From contig JBHLNF010000002.1 in NCBI GenBank assembly GCA_048937405.1, positions 96,001 to 160,000 on the forward strand: a stretch of DNA of 64,000 bases, read 5' to 3'. This stretch comes from Promethearchaeota archaeon. Lineage in GTDB: Archaea; Asgardarchaeota; Lokiarchaeia; Sigyniarchaeales; SOKP01. This document shows positions 32,032 through 41,600 of this stretch, piece after piece; within the stretch, counting starts at the first letter, position 1, and each line of letters starts with the position of its first letter. Below the pieces are notes generated by a model that had not been told where the DNA came from, made no database searches, and worked only from the letters and a program-made list of their open reading frames with translations. The position numbers and the translations under genes are program-made.

Positions 32032-33225
32032 ATTTCCTTCGATGAATTAAGCAAAAAATTAGCTAAATTTATGAAAGATACTGAGGAAATTGAACTTCAA
32101 GATGTTGATTTAATAGCTGAATATCTTGAATTTCAAATGCTTCCAAGTATTGTACAAGCGGCTGCTCAAGCAGTTTTACCGGGTGTCCCAGGAAAAGCTG
32201 AATGGACACCTGCTAAGTTCTCGCTTGACTTAAATTTCCCGGGAAAAATTGAGACTATTGAATTTGTTCGGTCAAATGGTAAAAAAGCCATAATTGGTGG
32301 AGAAATTGTTCCTCCTTTTTATAACTTTTTAGGACTTGAAAAAAGAAATCCTAATCCTCCACTTGTTACCTATGATGTTTTCGACATGGGCTCAAAGATG
32401 ATGCTCCCAAAACCTATTAAACAAGAATATGGAGAAGTATTAGCCCACCCTGCTGAATGGGCTAAATTCGCTGTCGATAAATTTGGTGCTGAATGTATAA
32501 CTTTTCACTCACTAGAAATCGATCCTGCTATGGGAGATGCTCCTATTTCGCAATCAGTTAAATTTTTAGAAGACATCCTTCAAACCGTTGATGTACCTGT
32601 AATTATTGGATGTTCTGGTAATAAAGAAAAGGATAAGCAACTCTTTGAAGCAACTGCCCCTATTACTGAAAGTGAGGTCTTGATGCTTTCTGCAGCAGAT
32701 AAAGCTACTTGGGAAGATGTTATTCCCCTTGCGGTGAAATATGACCATAATTGCTTACTCTGGACAAGTTTGGATTTGAATAATCAGATTAAAATGAATA
32801 AAGATGCTCTAGAGCTTGGACTCCCCCGTAATAGGATTGTAATGGACCCAACATGTGCAACTTTAGGTTATGGGATGGAGTATTCATTCAGTATCTATCA
32901 GAGAATGCGTGTAGCTGGATTATTGGGTGAAACAGATTTAGCGTATCCCATTAGTGGGGGAACCACAAATGCATGGGGTGCTAGAGAAGCCTGGATGAGT
33001 GAAGAGAAAGCTCCTGAATGGGGTTTACGTCAATATCGAGGTCCAATCTGGGAAATAATAAATGCCCTTAGTCTGAGTCTTGTAGGACTAGATTTGGCTA
33101 TGATGTTCCATCCAGTAGCGGCAAAACATGTAAAAGAAATCACATCTCAGTTTTTCGCTGATGTTCCTAAAGTTTTAGAGGATAAAGGCTATTACGATTG
33201 GGTTTCAGCAAATTTGAAAAGATAA
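32032..33225 (+). CDS. cdhD: CO dehydrogenase/acetyl-CoA synthase delta subunit (corrinoid Fe-S protein small subunit); ATT start possible, first ATG at 32071
   Basis: IGGE, PAEWAK, IVMDPT, LGYGMEY, NAWGAREAW, RGPIWE, MFHP motifs. Confidence 0.9.
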   Translation: MSFDELSKKLAKFMKDTEEIELQDVDLIAEYLEFQMLPSIVQAAAQAVLPGVPGKAEWTPAKFSLDLNFPGKIETIEFVRSNGKKAIIGGEIVPPFYNFLGLEKRNPNPPLVTYDVFDMGSKMMLPKPIKQEYGEVLAHPAEWAKFAVDKFGAECITFHSLEIDPAMGDAPISQSVKFLEDILQTVDVPVIIGCSGNKEKDKQLFEATAPITESEVLMLSAADKATWEDVIPLAVKYDHNCLLWTSLDLNNQIKMNKDALELGLPRNRIVMDPTCATLGYGMEYSFSIYQRMRVAGLLGETDLAYPISGGTTNAWGAREAWMSEEKAPEWGLRQYRGPIWEIINALSLSLVGLDLAMMFHPVAAKHVKEITSQFFADVPKVLEDKGYYDWVSANLKR

Positions 33226-33354
33226 TTTTCATTTTTTTTTTTCTCTTAATTTTTAGCAAAACGAATTCATAAATTAATTAGTATACTTATTGAAATTTGC
33301 TAATAAAAAAACAAATTTCTTATATTCTAATAATTAATTTATTTTATATCTCAA

Positions 33355-33558
33355 TTAGGGAGGCTTTTCATCTGGAAGAGCTTCTGTAGCTGGTTTGCCT
33401 TCAATACCCCAATGAGTTTTTGGAATTTCATGGACAATAACTTCTACTGCTCGTGCGGGAATGCCCATATCGACAAACACATTAGTTATTCCAGCAATTA
33501 TCTGCTTAACACTCTCTTCAGAAATTCCTTTCCACATATTTACATGAACTACTGGCAC
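33355..33558 (-). CDS. 4-oxalocrotonate tautomerase family protein
   Basis: N-terminal Pro, EVIVHE..HWGIEG. Confidence 0.9.
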   Translation of the reverse strand: MPVVHVNMWKGISEESVKQIIAGITNVFVDMGIPARAVEVIVHEIPKTHWGIEGKPATEALPDEKPP

Positions 33559-33685
33559 ATTATAACACCTTTATATATATATTATATTAATTAAAAAAAA
33601 AATAAATAATTAATTCTCTATAATTGAATGCTTTTTTCAAACTTTCAAATTATAAAATGTGTTAACAAAACAGAGCTAATTACAT

Positions 33686-35080
33686 ATGGTAAATTTCAAT
33701 GAAATCTTTTATACCGATTCAATTGCTGTTGTTGGAGCTTCTAAGAATCCTACGAAAGCAGCTCATCAGATAATTAAAACTCTACTTAAAGAGAATTATC
33801 AGGGAACTGTTTTTCCAGTGAATCCTAATGAAAAAGAAATTTTAGGCTTAAAATGTTATCATTCAATTTTAGAAATAGAATCAAAACTCGACTTATTAGT
33901 AATTGGAGTACCAGCTAAGAAGGTATATGATACTATTAAAGAAGCAGCTATTCGAAAAGATATTAAAGCTGCAGTAATTATATCAGCAGGATTTAGTGAA
34001 ACAGCAATACCAGAATTAATAAAATTAGAAAAAAATATCTTAAAAACTGCAAGAAAAGCAGGAATAAGAATATTTGGCCCTAATTGTATTGGGATAATCA
34101 ATTCGGATAATAATCTTAGTACTAGTTTTGCCCCTATTTCAAAAATTGTAAATGGAAATCTTGCTTTTATTACCCAAAGTGGATCTTTTGGAGGTTCTCT
34201 TTTAATGGCTGCTCATGATTCACCAAAACCTTTAGGATTTAATAAATGGGCACATTTAGGAAATATGTCGGATATCACAAATGTAGAAATATTGGATTAT
34301 TTTGGTAATGATCCCAAAATTGCTTCGATAGGAATGTACTTAGAAGGAGTATCCCATGGTAAACAACTTATAAGGGTAGCTAAAAAGATCACTAAAAAAA
34401 AGCCTATTTTTTTGTTGAAAGTAGGAAAAACCAAATTAAGTTCCAGAGCTACTTTCTCTCATACTGGTATTATTGCAGGTTCAGATAAAATTTATGATGC
34501 TGTATTCAAACAATCTGGAATTATTAGAGTAGAAACGATGGAAGAATTAATTGATTCTCTTAAGGCATCTTCAATGCTCTTAAAACCTAAAGGAAAAAGA
34601 ATTTGTATATTAACGGAGGCAGGAGGACCAGGAATTATTTCTGTTGACGAAATTACGAAAGATAATTATTTACAATTGGCACCAATTACAGATTATACAA
34701 AAGCAAACTTAAAAAAGATCTTGCCTCAAATGGCAACAATATGTAAACCAGATGGTTATATAGATATCACAGCAGCAGCATTAGAAAAAGAACATGCTGA
34801 ATCATTAAGATTTGTATTGGAAGATCCTAATGTTGATTGTGTAATTTTAATCTCTTTGCCTCCAACTTTTCTTCCTGCCATAAATGTTGCAAAAAGTATT
34901 GCTAAAGTCATCAATAAGTATCATAAACCTGTAGCAGTTTGTTTTATGAAGGGTGAATCCATGATAGAATCTCGAAAATTCTTAGAAAATGAAAATATTC
35001 CTACATTTGATACACCTGAAAGAGCAGCTAGAGCATTAATTAATTTAACGAAAGCTTCAAGATATATTCAAAACGAATAG
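33686..35080 (+). CDS. ADP-forming acyl-CoA synthetase alpha subunit
   Basis: AVVGAS, PVNP, ISAGFSE, GPNCIG, QSG, SHTG phospho-His, GGPG. Confidence 0.9.
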   Translation: MVNFNEIFYTDSIAVVGASKNPTKAAHQIIKTLLKENYQGTVFPVNPNEKEILGLKCYHSILEIESKLDLLVIGVPAKKVYDTIKEAAIRKDIKAAVIISAGFSETAIPELIKLEKNILKTARKAGIRIFGPNCIGIINSDNNLSTSFAPISKIVNGNLAFITQSGSFGGSLLMAAHDSPKPLGFNKWAHLGNMSDITNVEILDYFGNDPKIASIGMYLEGVSHGKQLIRVAKKITKKKPIFLLKVGKTKLSSRATFSHTGIIAGSDKIYDAVFKQSGIIRVETMEELIDSLKASSMLLKPKGKRICILTEAGGPGIISVDEITKDNYLQLAPITDYTKANLKKILPQMATICKPDGYIDITAAALEKEHAESLRFVLEDPNVDCVILISLPPTFLPAINVAKSIAKVINKYHKPVAVCFMKGESMIESRKFLENENIPTFDTPERAARALINLTKASRYIQNE

Positions 35081-35183
35081 TAAAATTCCCAAATTACCAA
35101 TTTTTAGATGTAAATATACGTTTTTGCTCTTCTTAAGGTTTAATTTTTAATGTGGTTCTTTTCTTTTATATATTTGATTGAAT

Positions 35184-35912
35184 CTAATTACTGAATTTTT
35201 GATTAAATTTGTTATAATAAACAAAATCTTCTATTTCTCTACGTACTCTCAAATATTTGCTGGAAGTAGATAAAGCATAATATAATCTGACACCAAAAGC
35301 AATTTTTAACTGATTGGGAATGTTAAGAAGCGTTTTTATCTCTTTTTCCACAACATCCATATTGAGAGAACTTATTATATGAAAAGCAATTCCTATGGAA
35401 TGAGCCATTAACCACATGTTCTCTATAACACACCCCAAACCTATTATACCTAAAAAATCTCCAGGTGATGCAGGTGCTCTCTTAAGTGGATTATATATTA
35501 TAATGAGAAGGATTGAGGTCGATTGTATAGATCTACCCATGAATGAAGCTAATTCAGTACGAGTAGAATTATCAAGTTTCAAATCAGGATTTCTTAAAAC
35601 AGGAGGAAAACGTGTTCCCAAAATTCCAACTTTTTTTTTTAGAAATTCTTCTTTTGAAAAAGATGCTAATTGATAATTTTCTTTGATAAAATCATCAGAT
35701 ATTGTATATTTAAGATTCGAAATAACTTCTAAGATCTGTTTATCATCAATTACTATTATTTCAAAATTCTGCATATTATGGGGAGTAGGAGCCCAACGAG
35801 CAGCTTCCAAAATATTATTTAAACTTTCTTTTGATATAGGACGACTTTGATCGAAATTAGTTCTCGTTGATTTCCTACTTTTAATCAACTCTAACATTTC
35901 TTTAGAATTCAT
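35184..35912 (-). CDS. Nitroreductase family protein
   Basis: RKSTR, LEAARWAPTPHNMQ, ENMWLMAHSIG. Confidence 0.88.
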   Translation of the reverse strand: MNSKEMLELIKSRKSTRTNFDQSRPISKESLNNILEAARWAPTPHNMQNFEIIVIDDKQILEVISNLKYTISDDFIKENYQLASFSKEEFLKKKVGILGTRFPPVLRNPDLKLDNSTRTELASFMGRSIQSTSILLIIIYNPLKRAPASPGDFLGIIGLGCVIENMWLMAHSIGIAFHIISSLNMDVVEKEIKTLLNIPNQLKIAFGVRLYYALSTSSKYLRVRREIEDFVYYNKFNQKFSN

Positions 35913-36009
35913 AAAAAATAAAACACTGTATATTATTTTTAATATTCAATTTTCTTTTATAATAACATTTAAACGATATTAAAATCTTCTTTTTTCTAAG
36001 ATTTTTAAT

Positions 36010-36330
36010 TTATAGGCATTTCCAAGAATCTACAAGTAATTGATATTCAAAATATTCATCATATATTTTAGATCTTGGATTTTTTCTTTTTCCCTCCACT
36101 TTAATCAATTTCCCTACTATTTCAATTTTTTCGGTACAGGACAGGGAATCCTTGCTGTATATTACAATTTGGTATCCATCGTCTAGATTAAAGTAGTTAA
36201 TAAATGGATGAGATTCTATTAATTTTGTAAGGTGTTGCCATATTTCCTTAGCAATTTTGCCAATAATCTTAACTCGTTTTCCCACACTCTCTTTAAAATC
36301 CGAATATTTTGTTAAAATAATCATTATCAT
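36010..36330 (-). CDS. Small OB-fold-like hypothetical protein (host gene at provirus boundary)
   Basis: VGKRVKIIGKI...IEIVGKL beta-rich pattern; start moved to ATG 36330. Confidence 0.6.
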   Translation of the reverse strand: MIMIILTKYSDFKESVGKRVKIIGKIAKEIWQHLTKLIESHPFINYFNLDDGYQIVIYSKDSLSCTEKIEIVGKLIKVEGKRKNPRSKIYDEYFEYQLLVDSWKCL

Positions 36331-36641
36331 TTTTTTAAATAAATTTTTTTTATAATTTCTACTGTGCAAGACCAGTATAAAAACTTTCTTCTATAAGAAA
36401 ATGAGTATTTTATTATTTTAATTATTTTCTAAGTATTGTAGGATGCAAGTATGGTCTATTATATTTGTTGCACCATGATAGAATGATAATAGTTTAAAAT
36501 ATGCATATTTTATTTTGTCATAGAATAAGAGAAGGAATCCCTAAAGTATGTTTTATTAAGGTTTTTATTTTTAAATTTCTCAGATCATAAAATATGAGAA
36601 GAAGGTCTCTACTCCTCAAATTTAAAAATCATTCCTACTTG

Positions 36642-36926
36642 CTATATAAAAATTCTTCCAAAATCTTGAGTTTGTCCATTATTTTCTTCAGAACTTTCTT
36701 CTATATATAATTCTCCTTTCTTAGTAGATTCTTCAATTTCTATTATTTTTCCAACTTTCTCAAATATAAAATCAAATTTCTTCCAAAGATCTTTAAAAGT
36801 TCCTAATAAATCAATTAGAATCATTTTAGCGTCCTCTAAAGTAAACTCTTTGCTTAAAAGGATAGATCGAATGTTCTTTTCTATTCCTTCAATAACTTCT
36901 TTAATCTCCGCACTCATTAGAACCAT
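36642..36926 (-). CDS. Provirus hypothetical protein (helical, acidic)
   Basis: Last ORF of the minus-strand viral operon. Confidence 0.6.
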   Translation of the reverse strand: MVLMSAEIKEVIEGIEKNIRSILLSKEFTLEDAKMILIDLLGTFKDLWKKFDFIFEKVGKIIEIEESTKKGELYIEESSEENNGQTQDFGRIFI

Positions 36927-36946
36927 CTTCAGTTTCTCTTCGAATA

Positions 36947-37129
36947 CTATACAAAAATTTCAAATTGTTCAAAAGACTTAATTTTACCAATAGTAATTTC
37001 ACTTTTTATTTCTGTCGATTCATAAACATCAATTCTTTGTTTTGAATTATCTGCTGTGATGTATATATAAGGACCAAATGATTTTATTAAACTATCTTCG
37101 TTATTAGATTTATAAATATTTTTTTCCAT
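36947..37129 (-). CDS. Provirus hypothetical protein
   Basis: 60-aa ORF in operon, GAGATGA upstream. Confidence 0.55.
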   Translation of the reverse strand: MEKNIYKSNNEDSLIKSFGPYIYITADNSKQRIDVYESTEIKSEITIGKIKSFEQFEIFV

Positions 37130-37146
37130 AATTTCATCTCTTTAAA

Positions 37147-37272
37147 TTAATCTTTTATTACTCTAATAATATTAACCCAATTAAATATTTCAATTACACA
37201 GATAATAGATATGATTAATGCTGCTATTGAAAACAAACTAAACAATATGGTAAAAAACTTTATCTTATTCAC
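37147..37272 (-). CDS. 41-aa single-TM protein (holin-like candidate), not in ORF track
   Basis: GAGGTGA RBS, GTG start, MNKIKFFTILFSLFSIAALIISIICVIEIFNWVNIIRVIKD*. Confidence 0.6.
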   Translation of the reverse strand: MNKIKFFTILFSLFSIAALIISIICVIEIFNWVNIIRVIKD

Positions 37273-37289
37273 TCTTTATCACCTCTTCA

Positions 37290-40200
37290 TTATAAACTTT
37301 TCTTAACATAATATTCTACTTGAATACCAACCAAATAAATATCATTCGCCCCATCATCATTAACCCATCCTACTAAATAAGAAGCATCGGTCAATATATC
37401 TGCAGCAACCCATGTATAAGATGCATCAATATAGGTATCGGCAACTGCAAATGTAATATCCATATTTAGTCCAGCTTCAATGTTATTTGCAGGGGTAGTG
37501 CCATCACATTTATATTCGACTAATGAAAATTGTCCATCAATGGTAAGGTCATCTCCTTCACTAAAAATAAGCGTTATGGTAATGTTCTTTGAACTATCTA
37601 CAGTATTAGAAATATAAAAGTTTCCCCATGCTGATTGAGTTGGCTCTAAATACCATCCTTTTGTAGATATAGTCCCCGTATTGGAATATAAAGGAACATT
37701 AACAACCACTAAATCTGTTAAAGGGTCTACAATATAATTAGACCCATCCGAATTATCTGAAATATCTGTATTATTACCATTAAATACATTAGTAACACAC
37801 ATGTTATATTGGGCATCCGCATTTAATTCAAGTCCAATGTCATTCGATAATAACTGATTTCCAATAATAGTATTATAGTCACCGTCATCAATCCTTATGC
37901 CCTCAGATGTATTTGAATAACATTTGTTTGAAGTTACAAAATTAAAATCTGAATCTGCAGCAATTAAAATTCCAATCCCATTATCATCCAATCTATTATC
38001 TGAAACGGTATTATAACATGCATCATAAAGATATATCCCCGTTGTAGCGTTATCATGACAATCATTATCAAAAATAGAATGGTTATCATGTGCAGAAATT
38101 ATGCCGCTATGCCCATTATGATGTAGATGATTCTCATAAACCTTACATTTACCGCCTTGAGGATAAACCCCAATATATAGATAGGATATTTCACAGTTTC
38201 TTACAATACAATCAGAAAGTCCTATAATACCATAGCCTTTTTTATCAGCATCTCCAGTTATTGTGAGATTCTCGCAAATGACTAAATTATCATTCGCTTC
38301 ATTAATATCTATTATTATTTTTGCTTGAGTTGAAACATCTGAAGCATCAATAGAAAAATTCATTAATATACAAGATGCAGCATTATCAATATCAAATGCA
38401 CTTCTATCACCCGCACAGTCTATTGTCGCACCAATACCATCGATAATTATATTAACATTAGCATTATCTATTGTTAAAGTTGCAGTTAAAGTATGAGTTC
38501 CAGGTAAGAGTTTTATTACACCTCTTCCTATACTTTCTACTTCATCAATAGCAACTTGAATATCATCACCAGGATTCACAGCAATTACATTATCTCCCAT
38601 TGAATTCTTTAGGGTATCCCACATAGAAGTTGTATTATTCCAAACAATCCAATCCCCTAATTCATACCATCGTGCGGGTGTATTATCTGCTCCGCCTGGT
38701 GCTGCTTTATATCCGTCATCATCACATATATAAAAATCCCCATTCTCAGGTGCTGCGGGATACGCATCACCCGGTGTATATGTTCCCTTATAAACTACGG
38801 CTTCTGCTAATGTTACAACAACATCTCGAACTGCATTTTTACTTGGTGCAATTGTAGTGACACCATTCCAGTTATCAGCATCATAGACAGCATCACTAAC
38901 TTTCGCATCTGCATAAGCCTTAATTGATTGTTGAGTTGCTAATTTGGTTGCACTATTAGAGCCCATATTATCTTCATCTAAACAATCAGATATATTTGGA
39001 GTTGATGGAAAATCAATATTATGTTCATTAAGGTCTAAATCGCCCCCTAACTGTGGCGTCACATCTTCCACTAAATTCTCAAATACTTCATGGTGAGCAT
39101 TATCATCTGCAGTATGAGTTGCAATTAGCGCATCAATCGCAGCATCAATCGCTTCACCATCTACAATCTCGGCATCTATGATGTCTCTTACACCTGTTCC
39201 AAACCCAACAATATCACCATAGGTTATAATGGCGCCTGCTGCCCAAGGTGTAGAGACCAACCTATCAGAAAGATTTTTCCTGGCAACACTATTCACTCTT
39301 CTAATTGCCATACCAAGCTTCTCATCCCATTCTGTTTCTCCTAATCCAGCATGAATAATTGTCTGAATACCATCAATACCACGTGGTTTTCTTTCAATCA
39401 TCCGAATTGGATATGTTGCTTTCGCTATGGTTGGTCGTGCAAAAGTAATATCGACAGTTGTACCTAATTGGATTGCGGTCCGCGTACCATTCAGCGACAA
39501 GCGCATTGAGGGTCTTTTATCTTTATAATAGTCTAACTGAGTGTTGGCAACCTCTTGAGCATCAGATTTAGTCATAATAGTATTATCAATTATAATTTTG
39601 GTAATGTTTCCCGAAACTGTGAAGTCTTCAGCTGGTGAAAAAATATTATAGGCTGCATTTCCCCATACTTCTACTCTTTTAACTTGATTGCATGCGTCCT
39701 CTAAATCCCAGTCCCAATCAGCATCACTTACCGTAAGGTCTACACCAGAATCTACAAAATCATCAGGCTTGACAATTTTAATTCGCCTCGTTGCATGGTC
39801 TTCGCACCAAATTGCACCCTCAACCTGACATACAGAGGTAAGTGCGGATATACAATATAAACCCTTAAAATGTCGTGCGATATACTTAGAAAGGGTACTT
39901 ACAATATTGAGAGGCACACCTGCTTGACTTGCAATATCTGAAAGAATGGTATTAGTATTTTGTCCAATTTTAAAAGAATCATTTACAGCTACACCTGTAT
40001 TGGTCCAGGTAACACCTGCACAGGTAAGAGAATTAGCAGCAGAATCGGTTATAGATTCCATAATAGGTGATATATTCAGAGTATTATGATAAACGGTAAC
40101 CTTGATATAATCACATTCCATATCGATTTCAGCATAACCACCCATTGTAATATATTGACCTCTTGTATAGATACGCAATCCTTTTAATTCTGTGAAATTA

Positions 40201-41117
40201 CCTCCTGCAGTATTGAAATACTTAGCCATTTCCGTAGCACTTTCTTCAATAGTAATAAGAGGTGAATCTGTCCAAATCTTAGTAGGTCCTTTTCCCGAAT
40301 ACTCAAGAGTTTTTAAAGTGATCCAATCCGCATCTTTTTTTATTTGTAAATAACCTCTAAGATACCAAAAAGAATAGGGATCACAATCTGGAATATCAAA
40401 TCCATATTGATAATCAATTTCAATTTTTTGAATACTATGCGTGTCTGGAATTACTGTTCCATCAATCGTAAATGATGTAGAAGTCGCATATGTTTGATTA
40501 TTATCACCATCAACAGTAACAACTAATTCATCATCATCATCTTTGGTAATAGTGGAAGCAGCATTACCCGCAGAAGAGTCTTCCCCTGAAATATCCACAG
40601 CAGATGCATCCCATTCCTTAGAGATAGTACTCGTAGTATTATCCACTATGAGTAAGCCTTTATCTTGCTGTCCACTTACCCATTGGTCATCATCCCAATC
40701 AAAATCCTCATCTCCTCCCGCATCATATTCGTTGTTTTCATTCTCATCATAATAAACGTGCAATTCTGCATCTGCATCAACTTGTTGGACTTTTCCTTCA
40801 GCCAGGATATAATTACTATTAAATGATGCCCATTCTAATCTTACGCCAAATCCTACCAAATGAAGCATAAGATACTTAGCTGTAAAATTTTTTTTGGCTA
40901 AATAACCATCAAAAATAACATTTTCATCATCATCCTCAACTCTCATAGGACAGAAATCTCTTGAATACCATGTACTATATAAGGCTCCTTCAAAATCTCT
41001 TAGTTTAACATCACATAATCCATACATATTATTTCGGGTAGTAATAGTGGGATACTCTACAACATCCCCAACTTCTGTCCAAGAATCATCTTCATCAGCA
41101 TCATGATAAAGTTTCAT
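37290..41117 (-). CDS. Baseplate-hub / tail-fibre fusion with C-terminal right-handed beta-helix (receptor-binding protein)
   Basis: Hub-like N-terminal half (NQVKRVEVWG, IQLGTTVDI), fibre motifs TPQLGGDLD and LATQQSIKAY, parallel beta-helix repeats (N...GI...N). Confidence 0.75.
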   Translation of the reverse strand: MKLYHDADEDDSWTEVGDVVEYPTITTRNNMYGLCDVKLRDFEGALYSTWYSRDFCPMRVEDDDENVIFDGYLAKKNFTAKYLMLHLVGFGVRLEWASFNSNYILAEGKVQQVDADAELHVYYDENENNEYDAGGDEDFDWDDDQWVSGQQDKGLLIVDNTTSTISKEWDASAVDISGEDSSAGNAASTITKDDDDELVVTVDGDNNQTYATSTSFTIDGTVIPDTHSIQKIEIDYQYGFDIPDCDPYSFWYLRGYLQIKKDADWITLKTLEYSGKGPTKIWTDSPLITIEESATEMAKYFNTAGGNFTELKGLRIYTRGQYITMGGYAEIDMECDYIKVTVYHNTLNISPIMESITDSAANSLTCAGVTWTNTGVAVNDSFKIGQNTNTILSDIASQAGVPLNIVSTLSKYIARHFKGLYCISALTSVCQVEGAIWCEDHATRRIKIVKPDDFVDSGVDLTVSDADWDWDLEDACNQVKRVEVWGNAAYNIFSPAEDFTVSGNITKIIIDNTIMTKSDAQEVANTQLDYYKDKRPSMRLSLNGTRTAIQLGTTVDITFARPTIAKATYPIRMIERKPRGIDGIQTIIHAGLGETEWDEKLGMAIRRVNSVARKNLSDRLVSTPWAAGAIITYGDIVGFGTGVRDIIDAEIVDGEAIDAAIDALIATHTADDNAHHEVFENLVEDVTPQLGGDLDLNEHNIDFPSTPNISDCLDEDNMGSNSATKLATQQSIKAYADAKVSDAVYDADNWNGVTTIAPSKNAVRDVVVTLAEAVVYKGTYTPGDAYPAAPENGDFYICDDDGYKAAPGGADNTPARWYELGDWIVWNNTTSMWDTLKNSMGDNVIAVNPGDDIQVAIDEVESIGRGVIKLLPGTHTLTATLTIDNANVNIIIDGIGATIDCAGDRSAFDIDNAASCILMNFSIDASDVSTQAKIIIDINEANDNLVICENLTITGDADKKGYGIIGLSDCIVRNCEISYLYIGVYPQGGKCKVYENHLHHNGHSGIISAHDNHSIFDNDCHDNATTGIYLYDACYNTVSDNRLDDNGIGILIAADSDFNFVTSNKCYSNTSEGIRIDDGDYNTIIGNQLLSNDIGLELNADAQYNMCVTNVFNGNNTDISDNSDGSNYIVDPLTDLVVVNVPLYSNTGTISTKGWYLEPTQSAWGNFYISNTVDSSKNITITLIFSEGDDLTIDGQFSLVEYKCDGTTPANNIEAGLNMDITFAVADTYIDASYTWVAADILTDASYLVGWVNDDGANDIYLVGIQVEYYVKKSL

Positions 41118-41121
41118 AAAA

Positions 41122-41592
41122 TCACCATAAAGATGGGATATAACTTATTATTGTTTGAATATTATGTAATCCTTCATTTGCACTTGCTAATTGTTGAGCT
41201 ATTTTTGATTGTTCTAATTGAGCTGCTATTAACGCTGTAGTTGCAATTCCAATATTTAAAAATCCTATAGCCGCTTGTATTTGCATCCCAGGTGTTACAG
41301 CTTCTGCTGTTAATATTGGTGTTAATAAAGAGATTGCAGAAATTCCTGCACTTATTAATGATGTAAAGAAGTAGCTTACAGAAGTTCCAGTAGCTCTTAC
41401 AAAAGCTGCTCCTGCTAAATAAGAAGACCTTGCCATACTTAAAACTTTCTGATAAGCATAAGTAGTTTTTTCCTCTACTTCTTGAACAGTTTTATTAGTA
41501 GCAGTTTCTACTTGCTGTCTTTTATTTTCTACTTCGTCTAATTTTTGTTTTGCTACAGTAGTATCTACATCAAGATTAACCTTCTCAGACAT
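41122..41592 (-). CDS. Putative short tape-measure protein
   Basis: Position between tail tube and hub; KVNLDVDT N-terminus, coiled coil, Ala-rich hydrophobic helices. Confidence 0.5.
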   Translation of the reverse strand: MSEKVNLDVDTTVAKQKLDEVENKRQQVETATNKTVQEVEEKTTYAYQKVLSMARSSYLAGAAFVRATGTSVSYFFTSLISAGISAISLLTPILTAEAVTPGMQIQAAIGFLNIGIATTALIAAQLEQSKIAQQLASANEGLHNIQTIISYIPSLW

Positions 41593-41600
41593 AATATCAC

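Noticed and set aside
36354-36372. AATTTCTACTGTGCAAGAC resembles a Cas12a repeat
   Set aside because: Single copy, stem incomplete, no spacers or cas genes
36568-36629. Inverted repeats downstream of the last viral gene
   Set aside because: Low-complexity AT arms; at most a terminator
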